NCBI GenBank assembly: GCA_040954595.2
Contig: CM082585.2
Span: 7,789,353-7,853,352, forward strand
Length of the DNA: 64,000 nt
Direction of reading: 5' to 3'
From: Balanoglossus misakiensis
Lineage: Eukaryota > Animalia > Hemichordata
A model generated the notes under the pieces. The model was not told the origin of the DNA. It ran no database searches and was given only the letters and a program-made list of their open reading frames with translations. A program made the position numbers and the translations under genes. Positions 1 through 14,288 of this stretch are shown here, in pieces (positions within the stretch are counted from its first letter, which is position 1; each line of letters begins with the position of its first letter).

Positions 1-3000
1 TACCCGAAGGGTGAGACGGTACGAGGAGCGACCGCAGTTTTCATGCTTCCATGTGAACGGCGAACGGTCACGCAGCCCTTGCTTCAACACGGAGATCATA
101 GTTCAACACTTGGCAAGATTTTCTGGCGGTTGTCGTCTGCAACAGCTTTCCCCCGCGAAATTAAGCAGGACACGATTTCGATAAAAAAAAATCTTTCAGG
201 AACACTTGATTCTGTCACACATACCACGTGACTGGAAACGTCGATCTAAATCCGATTTCTCATATGAAACTTACGACAGCAACCGATATAATTTTTTTAA
301 CAGTTTTGCCGAAGTTCGATATCGCATAACATCTCAGATATCCAAGTCGCAAAGATCGGGAGTTCCGGTTTCGAATACACGACCGACAACTCAGTTGAAC
401 GACCAACAATTGTCAGACGATGGACGACGGTTTCTGTTAAACGGGCGAACGTTCTTTGGGGTCGGCTCTTGGCTAGGCGGCGTTTGAAACGCAGCCTTGA
501 AAAGCTCGAATCGATTAGCTGTAAGCCCTAGTCTTGTACGCCAACTGGACGGCCGCAGTCGCAGTAGTCCCGTTTTATCTGAAGAGCGACGAGATTTTTC
601 GTTTTCACAGATTACAGCTGGATAGCTTCGCCTTGTTCGAAAAACGGTGGATTTTTTTGACGGAAATATGTCTTCCCCAGGGGAGGACACACGTTTCAAA
701 TTGTTAGTTAGCACGTGCCGAAATGGAACGAGTCTGGCGAATTCTTTCCAAGCATTTCCAGCAGCATTGCACACATGATTCGAAACTGCGAGGGCTTCGA
801 AACTACAACGTACATCGGCAGAACGTGTCGTGACACAACACTCAATGCCTATCTGGATATCACTGCGCGCCGCCGCGTTCACTCCAACGGAAACAGAAAT
901 ATCGCCGACCTCAGACAGACCGAGCACATGCGTAAACAAGATGCTCACCAAAGCGAGTGCGATGAACTTTTCCCCTCGGAGCAACAACGCCCGGTGGAGC
1001 AACACTGCGGAATTTCTTGCAGCCCGTCACCGTAACATGACAGAATAGCAAGGGCTAGTTTTGAAAATGCCCGGGTGAAACTTGCGAAAAAACAGGCCAA
1101 GTGTGTAGTACACACAAAGATACATGTAAAGCTTACAACAGAACTATTTACCACGCGCCGATTTGCTCCATAGCTACAAAACACTCCAAAAAGAATACGC
1201 GCGCCTTGCTTTGTCGTCAATTCCACGAAATCGCCCCCTTTCCAAGAATACGTGGTCGATAGATAATCACACGATTTCTCGGAAGTCACTAAACAGTAAA
1301 CGAGCGAAGGGGTAACATAGGGCTGTTATTTGTGTAACAGACGCCATGATAAAATTCGCCCCATCTTGAGGCGTTTTGAATTACTGTGGATTGGGTATTA
1401 TTATTATCAACACACACACGACAGTCGGGCATTTGCCATGAAGTAAAATAATCGGTGGTTAAATTGTGTGAACACAATAAGCTTCTTACGGTGAAGGTGA
1501 CTTTTCTCGCCCGATTCACATTCTTTCACTTTACATATTCCACTTGTCCTATTAACTGGGTCACGCCACATTCTATACTCACCAATCACTGCCGGCCAGA
1601 CGATCTGACGTTAACCGTGATCATGCCCGAGACTGACAAGTGAACTTACACTAAAATCGTGTTCTAACAATTAGCATATTTGGCGGGAAATAGCCGTGAC
1701 TATCGTTTTACATCGCCGTGCAATTACAGACACTGGATCGTGATGTCTAGACGGGCAAAACAGAAATCATGGCGTCAGCCCCATGATGAGCTACTATAGT
1801 ATATTCAATAAATTTAAAGTTTCAGTACTACCGCAGCACAATTATCGAAAAGCAGTATTAACGTGTTATTTTCATCAATACGTGTTTCACTCTCGTGGGT
1901 TAAAATCTGGGGTCAAGACGTGGCCAAGTTGCCGATTTCTTCCAAAGATCATTTTTTCCTCAATGTCTGAAATCCAAAATGGCCGCCAAGCTCGGCGGTA
2001 TATCGATTATCCTGAAAATGACACAACCAGCACTCGCTGTCCTTTCAAATTTAAAAAGTTTATTCCACACGTTTTAATAAAAGAAACGGAGGGAAGAATA
2101 AGCGCCTTTTATTTTTCTAAGTAATCGGTCCTAAATTAAATTCCGCCATTGTTAGGAAATAAATGAGCGAGTAAAGACTCCAAAAAACTGAAACGAAAAA
2201 CCAGATGTCATTTCCCTGAGCTAAAACACATTTATTAAATCATTACACGCCTCTCAACAAGAGAAATTTGTATTAGTTTTATTGTGAGTAGCCTAGTGGT
2301 GCACAACCCAGGTGCAGTGAGGTAAATCTACCTGTATGGTTTTGAGAGATATTTTACCTGCTGGCGCAATATTGCAAACGCACTACGGGATATGCTCTAT
2401 CCCCTTTATGAATGAATGTTGTGTTCTGTGCAGTTTCACTTCTGGAATGACCACGCTGCGTTACACGGCTGACGTCTTTGGCATTTGTCGTTTTAATATG
2501 GGCAGCAGACGACAGCAATCAAGCAGACTATAATCATTTTTAAGATTTCTGTAGGCCTTTCAAATTTGGTGAATTGCACGACTGCATATTGACTCAGGCA
2601 GCGTGGCAGATCGATTACAGTTGTTTTATGTGACCGGTATCTGTAAGCGATCACAGGTCATGTCGAACTTGGCAGACATTTCAGTTTCGAACCAACAATT
2701 ACCCCACAGTTCGAAGAAATTGGGTTGGAAAGTAGGTCGCATCCTTGACCACACAACCGCCTACGCGGGGACTACTTTTTTCCCCTTCTCCACTTTAATG
2801 TAACCTTTAAAGGGTCTCTGTGATTCTCGTTAGTTGATGAACGCGTGGGATTGTGTCAGACGCCCTTTAAGGAACTGTAATCGTCCAAAATATCACAAAT
2901 TAAATCTTCGGAAATCGGTGTCAGACACCGTCACAAGTTGCAGTGTACATACATTGCGTGTTACCTGCATTTTTTTCAGGTATTCTGTTGGTTGGGGTCT

Positions 3001-6000
3001 GGAGTATGACGTCACTACCTCCTCGCCCGAATCCGAAGGGCGGATGTGTGTACATTACTGCTGCCGACCTTTAAACAAGACTTGTATATTTGGGAGAGAG
3101 CTCATCCAGTAAACGAGAATTTGACCCGTCTGTTTGACAAAGTCAATACGCCGTGTCCAGACGTGGATTTTGTGCGAGCGTGTGTCTCATTAACATTCGG
3201 CAATGCGCTAATTCCTTTCGCGTCAGCCATTGACGGTCCGTCAAATATGCCCCCTTCTCATCTGTGTTTTGGTATAATTAAAGCTTTTGGTTATTTTTAG
3301 TTGATTATGTAAGTTAAACCTGTCTATTATTATGTTATCAAAATACGAAAAAGTAATTAGTTTGTATTGTATTAAAACGTATTTTTGGAATTTTTAACGA
3401 AACGCCTACACGACCCTCACAAGCTATACTAGTACCTTAATATTTCTATTTATATGAAAACACATTTGCGAGTTCAGTACACGAGACAGCCGCATCTAAA
3501 AACGTGACCTTGGCGGGTATGGGGCCGTGTTGACACCACGTACCGACGCGACGTGTCTCGGCCGTGCGTCGGTGTCTGGCTCTGCCGATCGTATCAATCT
3601 TGTCTCCGCTGCCCTGGCTGATATTTCTCGCTTACAATATGGCGCCACGGAGCAAAGTTCATACGATCAGAGGGAAACGTTGTCGAATCAATCGGCTCTT
3701 TCACACTTTATCGGTGTTTTGTAATCTGCTTCAGCGCTGATCGATCATCCGATTGCGCGACGACATAAATGGGACGGCAAAAATCAGTCGATCTATAAAC
3801 TAAATCGATCGATCACTTTACCAATCCACATGAGTATGAACTATGTAGTACAAATCACAGATTTGTTGATGCCAGGCACTCCTTTTCCTCTTTATTCACA
3901 TAACCAGGACTCTAATATGAGACAACGACCAATGGGAGGGGCATTTATTTTACTAATCCGACCTGTGTCACGCAAGAATAAGCAGAACGACCTTTTCTCA
4001 TCGATTTTCCCGCCAAACTACAGGCGAGACAATGCAAGTGAAATTGTGCATTTTGCAAATAGCATAATCCGTCCCATTTTTTCTTTGTTTAGAAAACGTG
4101 CTACGAATATATTGGAAGCTTTTTAACGATACCAAAACGATCGGGGTGCGTAGAAGTAACCAGTCAAAATGTCCCAGGAAGACTCCGTAAAAATAATAAC
4201 ACACAAAAATTTAAATCGGAATTAGCGACTTTCATTGTTTTAACGAAATGGCTTTGTCCGGGTCCGACATTAATTACATTTACTTCTCAACCGTCAACCG
4301 GAAGTCAAGGTGATTAAGCAAGAATCTAGATCAACTGGATAAGATAAGAAGTATTTAGAACGTGTTTGAGAAAACTCAACATTATTGACGTCAGCAAAGA
4401 AAAGCTCAGAAAGCGTTCTGTGATCCACAAGCACTTAAAAACCCAACTGGTAATCGGATGAATGTATTTGTCGAGATCGGAATGCGAAAACGCAGGGCGT
4501 TCATGTTTATTAAATACGCACATTTAAAACTAGGGAACAGCAACTGAAAGCGGGCGAAGCACTTTGACTGAAATTCTGCCGTGAATCTTTACCTGCCTGG
4601 CTGTCGTTTGCAGTGTACGAGGTATTCTCATTTTATCAGTCAACGCATTTGTCTTTTGCTAAAGACACCATCGCGTTTAGATCAATAAATATTTGATAAC
4701 GGAGACACGCTTAGGGTTAAGCTAAGTTCAAGGGCATGTGGGACGAAAGGCCCGTTCTTTATGGGGCGGGGGGGGGGGGTCAGCTGCTGTGATGATACAC
4801 TATTCTTCACAAAAATAGGTCACCACATCATTCTCAGAGGTTTCTGTTTGCACAAAGAGCCTAACACATTACTACACGGGAATTATCAAGGACACTGCAC
4901 ATGCGTCAATTACTGAAGACGGTGGTTTTGTGGGCAGACGGATATCTTGTTTTAATAAGAGTTCAATATTAATCATGATTAAACAAACAAAAATGTATAA
5001 GACTGCCTCAGATAATATATATTTGGCTTGCACGACGAGGAGACGGCTAACAGACGGTTTTAAGTGAACGAGAAACGGACTATGTGTGCCTATATGTCGC
5101 TTTGCTATTTTCGCGGGTTTTTACATCTTGTGAATAAATTAACGAGCTCTTGTAGTACTTGTTGCAATGTCACGACTTTTCAAGCGTGAATTAAGTGAAT
5201 GCGAGGACACAGCACGCAAGACAGTGAGATTTGGACTATAAATTAAAACATAAGCGACCTAAATCTCCGGCACCAGCTCAGAGCACCAAACCAAAATCAA
5301 ACGACGTCAAAGATGGCGGGCTAAAAATCGAGACTGACTATAGGCTACACTTGTTGAGAAAGATCCCTTCAAACCGAAGTCTGTCAATTTAAATTAGAAC
5401 GCCCATGATATATCGAAGCTTCGCACAAATATGTCGGCCATGAATAAATTCCCCACGCGATAAAAAATCGTTAGAGATAATAAAGTGCACAATGACCTTT
5501 TCGAACACAAGAGATATCGCCAGTCTCTGCTGTCCCACTCCACACGCAACACAACAATCTGATGCGTGAAATGATGATTTGCTTGTATTTTTCACGCTTA
5601 TTTTTAACAATGAAAGCAAATGCACGACCTACACAAGTTGCCCACGACATGATTCACGGGGAAAAAACCGGAGTTCAATCCCGATATTTTCTAAAGGGGC
5701 GATGTTGCCAACTGCAACCCTTCACATAAGCGTTATGACCCGTGCGGGTGCCATACACAATGATCATAAATGGTTCTATCGTTCCAAAGATCACAACATT
5801 AAACCGAAAAGTGGCAAAAATTCAAATTCAATTACGTTTAATAACAGTTCCAAGCCTGTGCCCGGTGAATAATTGCCATGATTTACAGGTTTTATGTGCG
5901 GCGGCGGGCGAAGGCGGAACGGAAAACGGCGTGACCGCTGATAACATCCGGGTCCTCCAAGTTGAATGGCCTTCAATTGTGGGAGACCCCCCGCCGGGAA

Positions 6001-6635
6001 ACTACAACGTGTGTTGGCGTGCTACACTATTCGTTAACTGCTGTGCCACACAGTCGCGTCGCTGTGTTCTGAAACGTATTTGCTTCCCCCTCGCGCAGGA
6101 AAATGTGATTTATTATTTAAACACAAACTGCACGGGATATTCTGTTACGTCTCAAGCTGCGCTGCCAATAAAGTATATCGAATCATAATTTGAAAATCGA
6201 CCGGTGGAAGTTAAATTATGAAAACTAAGATCATCGGAGGTTCAACCATATTCGTCAGATGTCGTTTGTGAAAGAGACCTTCCTGATCTAGTTCTGTACA
6301 TTTTAATGAGCTGAATCACGGAGATTATCAGTTATGTATGAAACTCAGAACGTGGTACGTGACTAATTTCTTCTTGTCTATCTCTTACGAATGTTCATAT
6401 CAATTTAGGCCTATAGATCTATCCACCCATCCACATTTATCCATTAGTTTTTACATGTGCAGATATTGATGATGACGAAGGTGATGATCATGATGTCTGA
6501 ATCACCCAGTTCGACCTATCGGCCACGAACAATATGTGCATTATTCATATACTCGGGAACTGTGCGAATAATTGGTCACTTTCTATCCAAGACGATTAAA
6601 CGGCATAAGGAATTCTGCAAAGATTGCTGTCATAA

Positions 6636-6695
<60 letters not shown>
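6636..6695. repeat. (ATG)20 microsatellite
   Basis: Seen directly in the sequence. Confidence 0.97.
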
Positions 6696-9600
6696 TTGTT
6701 GGTTACTATTGCTAAAGTTATTAATTTAATGCTATTATTATTTATGTATTTGTACGTAGTATTAGGATACATGTATGTTATGTCACGTGACAGTAATTCT
6801 TGTGGTGGCGTTTTATACAATAATGTACTGTCAAAGACGACGAAGTACACGCATTACACGCAGAATGCATTTCAGTATCTACTCAGTACCCTAGGCATAA
6901 AAAGAGATAGTGCTTGTAAGTGAGTCAACGCGAAAGGAAAGGTAATACACGATTCAACCATGCAACATTAATAAAAATGATGATCGATGGAGGTAAAGAT
7001 TAAATGAGAAGGATTTTATCAAATATCTAATGAGTTTTACAAATAAAAATATATGTTCAGAGATATGCATCATGGGATTACCTGATATACATTCCTTAAC
7101 GGGTGCACTCATTTACCTTCAGACGTTTTCTCTGAGTTAAGGTAATTTACTTAGACTTTTTTCCTAATTTCCAGACGGCTGTCACACACGGTACCTACGC
7201 TAAGAAGATGCGGACGGTGAAATTTCCCGATATCCGGACGGGAAGAGGGCAGCGCGATTTTTGTCAACCAAATTCAAGTAATGTTCCAGCCGAAGAATAC
7301 GTCCCTCTATCGAACTGTTGTTGATATCACCTAACATGGCGATTTGCCATTTTGAAAATATCTTTTCTGAATCTTGGAATATTTCTATCAGTGCTGGGCG
7401 TGGGCTGTAATGACGTCTTGTGTTCAGAATACAACACTAATCGTTTAGGCTCTGACAGTTAATGAGGTCATCATCTTACCGCCTTGAAGCGAAATTGCTG
7501 GGCCTGTCTGAGTGAACACGTGTCACTCGTTCCGAGATGCCAGCGATGCCAGTGTTACGATTCAATGCACTGCGGTAACGCGCACATTGTCATGGTAACT
7601 CCACACTGTAGCTTGAGCAATTTGATAGCATAGAGCAAGAAGGGGATGTTCAAAGCAACTGCGATGCCCACGATACGAGAACTGGCGCACAACTGGCCTT
7701 GTTTGCGCAGTCGCGGCCCGCTCATCAAACAATCGCAACGACAAAAGGAGAGATTTCTGAAAACCACAAACTCTATACTGAGCGGGACAATCGGCTGTAG
7801 CTGTGGGGACAAACAGTCCAAATCGGTCATTACAGCGCCAGTGTATGACGCAACCGGGTTGCCTTCATCCCCTGTGAAAGAAACCATTCAAGAACGGGGG
7901 ACCAATTACGTCATTGCTTACGTAATAGATTAGCTTCGGTTGTGAGGGTGTGGTTCGTCACAGTCCCCCAAGAAAGGGACTGTGGTTTCGGGGAGAAGAG
8001 TCAAGAACGAGAGCCTCCTGGCCAATTGTGACGAGGTCACCATCTATAGGCCAATACGTGTTCAGTCCGGTTCGCCGGGAAAAAAAACATGTCACCTTCG
8101 CGTGTCATTAATGATTACCGTAATCTGTACGAAAGAGACGCTGGAATGTATTTGGGGGTCAGGCTCTTTAGTGTTTTATTTTTCCGAAGGAGTCCAACCA
8201 TCGTGTGGACGATAATAACGACACACGCCACCACCAACCCTATATATGCAAATACATATGTCTTGGATATCTCATCGATTCCCATTGCAAAAGAATAATT
8301 GATGGGTTTCTCATTTTCATATTATGTGCTCTTTTTGAACCTGGTAGAGCCCGTTTAATACTGGGGACGACATCTCCGATCTGAAGACGAGTACGTTATT
8401 CTTTACAGTGCCGAATAAATCAAATCAAATCTGATCACATCAAATAACAACAGATGTTGTCGGCTGACAACCACGCCAGAAAACGCACCGGCAATAACGA
8501 CATGGCTGCACGAACGATCACCTACAAACTACCCATAACAAATCAAATATTCCCAAAGCTCTCTGACGTCACATAGCAACGTCCACTTCGAGCAGAGCTC
8601 TGTCACGTCGACCGCCATTTTACACGCATGCCACGTACCCCGAGCGTTTGCAGTGACACAATTTATAACGGAAGTGTTCCGCTGGAAAAAATATGAAAAA
8701 AACGAGAAGATTGATCCGTTTCTGATCAAGGATTACAGCCTTTTTAACGAATGATAGCCTTGATATTGACTTCAACAGTAACATATATCCCATCATTGCC
8801 GTCAAGCTTTTTTCAACACCTCATAATCCCTTAGAGTCTTGAAACGAGGAAACCAAGATAATTTTTCCATTACAGAAAAACATTTTCGCGTTACCAACCA
8901 AAATCGGCACATGTCGTCTCGTTAATCCCCCCCCCCCCCGGCTGTTTAAAGAAATACTTCGTATTACGATCCCTCGAAGCCGAATCATCATCACACATTA
9001 TTCGGGCGACGCTTGCAGTTTCCGATTGGAGTCACCGAAACGAGAGGTGAATGTTCCAGCACGACCGAAATTTCCTCATTATATCAAAACTAGCCTTTGG
9101 AGTGGGGGAACGGTCAGATTTTGTTTATGGGCACTCACCGAGCGATTCAAGTACTCAGTTTCACAACACAGACTGTCGTGTTCTAAATCTCACGCGAGCA
9201 ATTTATCAAGACACTGCCATTTCTGGCTGTTTTGTGTACTTGCGGAAGACAACATCGATCATAGGGTATATGCATCGATTCACTCTCCTCGGCAAAACAG
9301 TCCGATTGGGAGAGTGACCTTGAAAGTCAGACGCTGCGGTCAAAAGGTCACCGCTCAGGCTTTGTCTACCCATATGGCCATATTTTTACGGTGGCCCACG
9401 TCACCTTGGCATGGCGTGCGCGTAATGTCCACACACACAAAATCAACAGTAAAGGTGTGTAGACCGCTGCGTCTTACTGGAGCGGGGGGAAGGGGTATCG
9501 GGACGTGGTTTGATCGATTGTCAGCCGTGCGAATATATCATCGGAAGAACGCAAAGCGATTTGCAAAGGATCGGATTTGCATGATTAAATATTTCAAATT

Positions 9601-12600
9601 GAATCGGCTATGTACATGCTTCGAGCCTAACACGAGACCAGACACGTCATATAAGCGGAACGGCGTAAGCACACGCACAGAGAATCTTATTTACAATTTA
9701 TCGAGGACACTGCCGCCGACGTAGCTTTTGTGGAAACGTTGCAGTCGCAAGGATACAAATCAATCCGGCAAAATAGCCGTGCTATCACTACTACACCGTA
9801 GATGGGCGTTTACGAAAGACGACCGCAGCGGTAAAATTCGCCCCACCGCAGCGTTTCGGGCTTTGTATTAATCCGTCTCCCTATTCTATCTTTGCGGGTC
9901 AGTATTTCATTTGCAAGCCGTTACGGTACAAGATTTTAACGCCTTTGCGTTCTAGTTAAAAGCTCAGCCGCCTGTGTACATGTACTGGTTACCAGCAATG
10001 TCATTGTTGACCATTGTATTTTAGTCCGGACTAAAATTTGAACGTCAGCAATGACACTGCAGTTTACACAGATACACACCCACTTTGTTGACAATCTGAA
10101 CACTGTTTTTTTCGAGTCCAAATTAACGAAATAATCATCAGAAGTTACACCTGCTTCCCCTATAGTGCCTTGATGTGCGATCTTCTACAACAACTATCGG
10201 TAAAACAGACGTCGATTGTTACAGACAACCACCGTAACGCAGATGAAAACAGACTGTGGCTAAAACAGTCAACCTACCGACCCAATGCCTTTGTCAAACC
10301 ATACTGCATTATGTATCGATCCATCAATCTAAAATGCTAATAAAAACCCCGTCCTGTTGGTCACGGTGGCAGAACCACTTTCGCGTACGTGCCACCTCAT
10401 TTGCTCGACAATACAATAGTGTTTAAAATAAACATCAATATGTAAAAATAAAAACCTAATGATCAGTGGGTGTATTATGTCCAACTCTAGTCTCGGGACT
10501 TTTATCTCGACATACCATTTGAGGGCCATGTTATGTATGCGGGTTAGTTTTGATGTCTGTCACTTGACTCTCGCAATCCTGGCTGAATAAGCAAAAGATA
10601 TTTCAACGTTTGGCTTGCATCATCGGGAGGCAGACATACGAGATCACGGCCTGTGTCTCCGTCAGCACGCCAAGTACGGCCCTCGTGGGATTTCTCCTAC
10701 AGTACAGTACAGAAAATCTTGTCTTGGGCACACTCAAGCACATCCGATTTTTTTTAATGTGACGTGAGTCTTGTACTTGCCCTGTCTTCAAGTTGGTTTA
10801 CAATGATCAGACTCACTTATACTCATGTACTGACCTTAACCGACTTTGAATGAAATATATATGTGCTACCAGCATGTCTGCGTAAAAGCTCCGGACATAC
10901 AAAATGCAACATGGCCGACGAGCGACCTCGGTGGATTGTACTGTGACAAATATTGACACTCACTGCATATGTCCGATACGGTACACTGTCCTTATATTCT
11001 AAGTTAGCGTGAAAGATGTTTAGGCAGGTCTAAGCTTATATGTATGCTGTGGCATGACTCTATACTTACTGTAAAGACGGAACTCTTAGCTGTGGAGGCG
11101 CATTCTAAGTCTACAGATTTATACTTTTGTAAAAGTGAGTGACCGACTTTTTACCCACAGTGCAATTCGGCATCGAGTAATCGCCCCATAAAATGTCATC
11201 TAACGTTCCGATAAATCAGCTTATTTACGCGAGTGGCAAATCATTAATCAGGTGACACGCAGACAACTGAAAGATTTTCCGTAAAAATAGTTAGCGACTG
11301 TGCAGCTTTTATGCGGTGACATTTTATTGCATTTTGCGCTACCGAGCCGGATACGACGCCATGTTGCTATGCTGGGGGTAACCAGGCTTCCGTGTCACCA
11401 CTTTTCGCGGCTGACCTCGACCTAATTGCTCGGTTGTTATTGCAATATGATAAAAGCATCAAAATATCAATGTAAAGAACCCCGTCTCGCGTGGTGCGAG
11501 AGTAGGTCACGGCAACTGATAGTGCCAATATCTTATTCTGTTACGTGCACGAGGGATTTTATTTGAAAAGGCACACGTTGGAATACAGAAGTTCACTGAT
11601 ATTTTCCCGCCTGGTTTCGGAGAAATCCAATTAAGAACCCGCCCGCACTTCTTCTGGCCGGCTCAACATAAACGCAAAAGGAAAATATCAGTATATATAT
11701 CTCGCAGGCGTTGCGAGATATAGGTGGGAAAGTGCCCCGTAATGGGTTCTATCCGTCGTGCATATTAACTCGAACGCACCTGGCGTTATCTTTACGAGGA
11801 ATCACGTGTTTTAAGGCAACCATCTGCCGACATTGTTTCATGCCTGATATGCTTCCGCGTCGAACCCAATTACGGAGGCGATGAACAACAACGTGTGCAA
11901 ATATCACCAAGCGGTATTATATTCTCTTTGTCGTCACCCTTTGTTGGAATTTCGGATGGCGCACAATCCACGCATACGCGAACATATATCGAGTAATCAG
12001 TGGAAGTAATATGATAATGACGTCACGTATCCGGAAATAGGCGACTAGTACACGTACTGACGGTCACAGACGCCGCAAAAATGACAAGTACATGTGATTG
12101 CGTCATGTGACGTGAATTTTAGGGTGAAATGTGTCTGTTCACTTTTCACACACTATAGATTACGTCTCGGTGTTAGCACGCGAGGTACTCTTCTAGTAGT
12201 GAAGGCGGCGGGTAATCTTATATTTCATTCACGAAATTTCCGATCCAGTCACACACTTCGCTACCATGTGCGCAATCGCCGCACCGTGCGTCCAATACAA
12301 CGTGCTAAAACACGGACGATGAAAAAAACCCGCAAAATATGAAGATCACCTGTAACGATATAAATCCAGGTTGCCAAATTGATCTGCGGTATTTTACACC
12401 AGAATGATTAACGCCACCCATGATCAAGGTCATCGACAAACAGAAATTCGTCACCGTCTTCGTAAGACTGACGAATACTTGTAATTTCGTCCGATGAATG
12501 TTCCAAAGTTCTGATGACACATGACGCATACCTTAAACCAAATGCGGATGAAATGACTCACCAAATCGAATCAAATACCGACAAGTTTGTCTGTCTACTA

Positions 12601-12819
12601 GAAATGGTTAATTTCTCTCGCGAACATGTTCTTGCAACCTCAAAGTGTCAAATATAAATTATCCACCAGAAGCAAGACTGAAGAGACATTTTCTATTAAT
12701 ACAAACCGATCCGGCAATGCTTCTCGCAAAAGCGAGAACTGGTCCCGACCACAATCGATACGGTGACAGTGGATCTGTTGTACTTCGCTTGTAACTACCA
12801 GTATGCTTCGCACATTTCC

Positions 12820-12940
12820 ATATTTGCATGAGGGTGTATCTTTGACGTCAATAAATTGTCGGCCTCTGCGCATGTCACGGTGCGTGTAGGCTCGTAACCT
12901 GGAGACAGCAAGTTGGGCCTCCGGTGATGACGTCATCAGT
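12820..12940 (-). promoter_or_regulatory. Candidate promoter (octamer, two CREs, NRF1-like site) upstream of a minus-strand non-coding exon ending at 12562
   Basis: ATTTGCAT at ~12822, TGACGTCA at 12843 and 12928, TGCGCATG at ~12867; minus-strand TTG|gtgagt donor at 12562/12561. Confidence 0.35.
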
Positions 12941-14176
12941 GAAGCTCCTTCAATCACAGACCCTGGAGGTCTATGCTACAACACTGTGTGTGCCAATAAT
13001 ACGTGCCTGTTTGTATGTGCACCTGTATGTGTCTATGTGTGTCTGCCTGTGAATAACTTCTGCATGACTGTGACTGCGTGCAGACGTTCTAACACCTCAT
13101 ATGCCTATCCAATCCCACCTTCTATTTCACATCTGGGTCTCTGTAGTGACTTAGAACGAGTCGTCATGACACTAAATACACCGCCTTATGCGCGTTACGG
13201 TCAGGCCCCGTTTCATAAATATGACGTGTCTGCTGTGTATGTCCGCTAACTCTATTACATCATCGTAATATACACGCCACGTTCAAAGGCAACATACAGC
13301 GTAATACGCACATAATTTTGCGGTCTGCGGAGCGGAAATGAAACTCCGCTTTGCGAAAACGACCCAAATATTACACGTATCTGTATTCTATAATATTACG
13401 TAGTGTAATGTATATACATTGTATATACGAACATGTACATATATATACATACGCATATGTATACTTCATGCATTTTGTAAATGACCCTTTTTATATCGAA
13501 CATCACTAACATCGGCATATTATTATTAAGAGAAGACCATGTTCGGTCGTCGATCAAAGCAACGTGCACGATTGTTCCTTGTCGTATTTATCATCGTTAA
13601 TTGTTCTCTTGACCCCCCCCCCCTTCAATACACACAGCGATACTTCCGACAAGCCACATCCATGGCATCCCTAATATTAAATTCTTTACATTGCAATGTT
13701 TTTTACCCTTTCTATTCATCATGGTCTCCAATGTCCGTTGTTTTGGGGTCAAGGGTCGCGTCCGCCTATGTCTACAGTTGGTTACAAGTGTGTGTTCATA
13801 ACATGTCTGTTTGGGGCGTGGATATGTACTTTTGTATCCGTAACCTAGTCGCCTTCTTTTACGTGATTTCTCGACACTGACGTCATATGCGGACGCATGA
13901 CACACTTCTCCGTCGTCTCACTGATGTGTCTCAGTATCCGGAATCTCATTTTTAATTTTCGTGAACAAATGATTCGTGCAAAGGAGGAAATACATCTACG
14001 TCCGTCCATGCCGTTCCACATTGTTTTGTTACATCTCAGAATGTCCTTGAATGTCGGTTGCCATAGACACGTGACTAGGTCAAGGTTTACAATTTACGTC
14101 TTGTGACACAACCATAAGGATGATATATCTTCCGATTTATGTATCATTCCGTTTGCTCCAAATACGTCCTGTGTAT

Positions 14177-14191
14177 ATGTATGTATGTATG

Positions 14192-14223
<32 letters not shown>

Positions 14224-14288
14224 TGTATGTATGTATGTATGTATGTATGTATGTATGTATGTATGTATGTATGTATGTATGTATGTAT
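14177..14288. repeat. (TATG)n microsatellite
   Basis: Seen directly in the sequence. Confidence 0.97.

Noticed and set aside
391-1048. Overlapping 204-aa (-) and 106-aa (+) ORFs
   Set aside because: No recognisable family; more consistent with GC-rich UTR or promoter sequence.
6596-6923. Poly-Met / poly-Ile ORFs
   Set aside because: Artefact of the (ATG)20 microsatellite.
9026-9724. 232-aa ORF, the longest in the ORF track
   Set aside because: Non-ATG start, no recognisable domain, and no supporting splice structure or codon bias.
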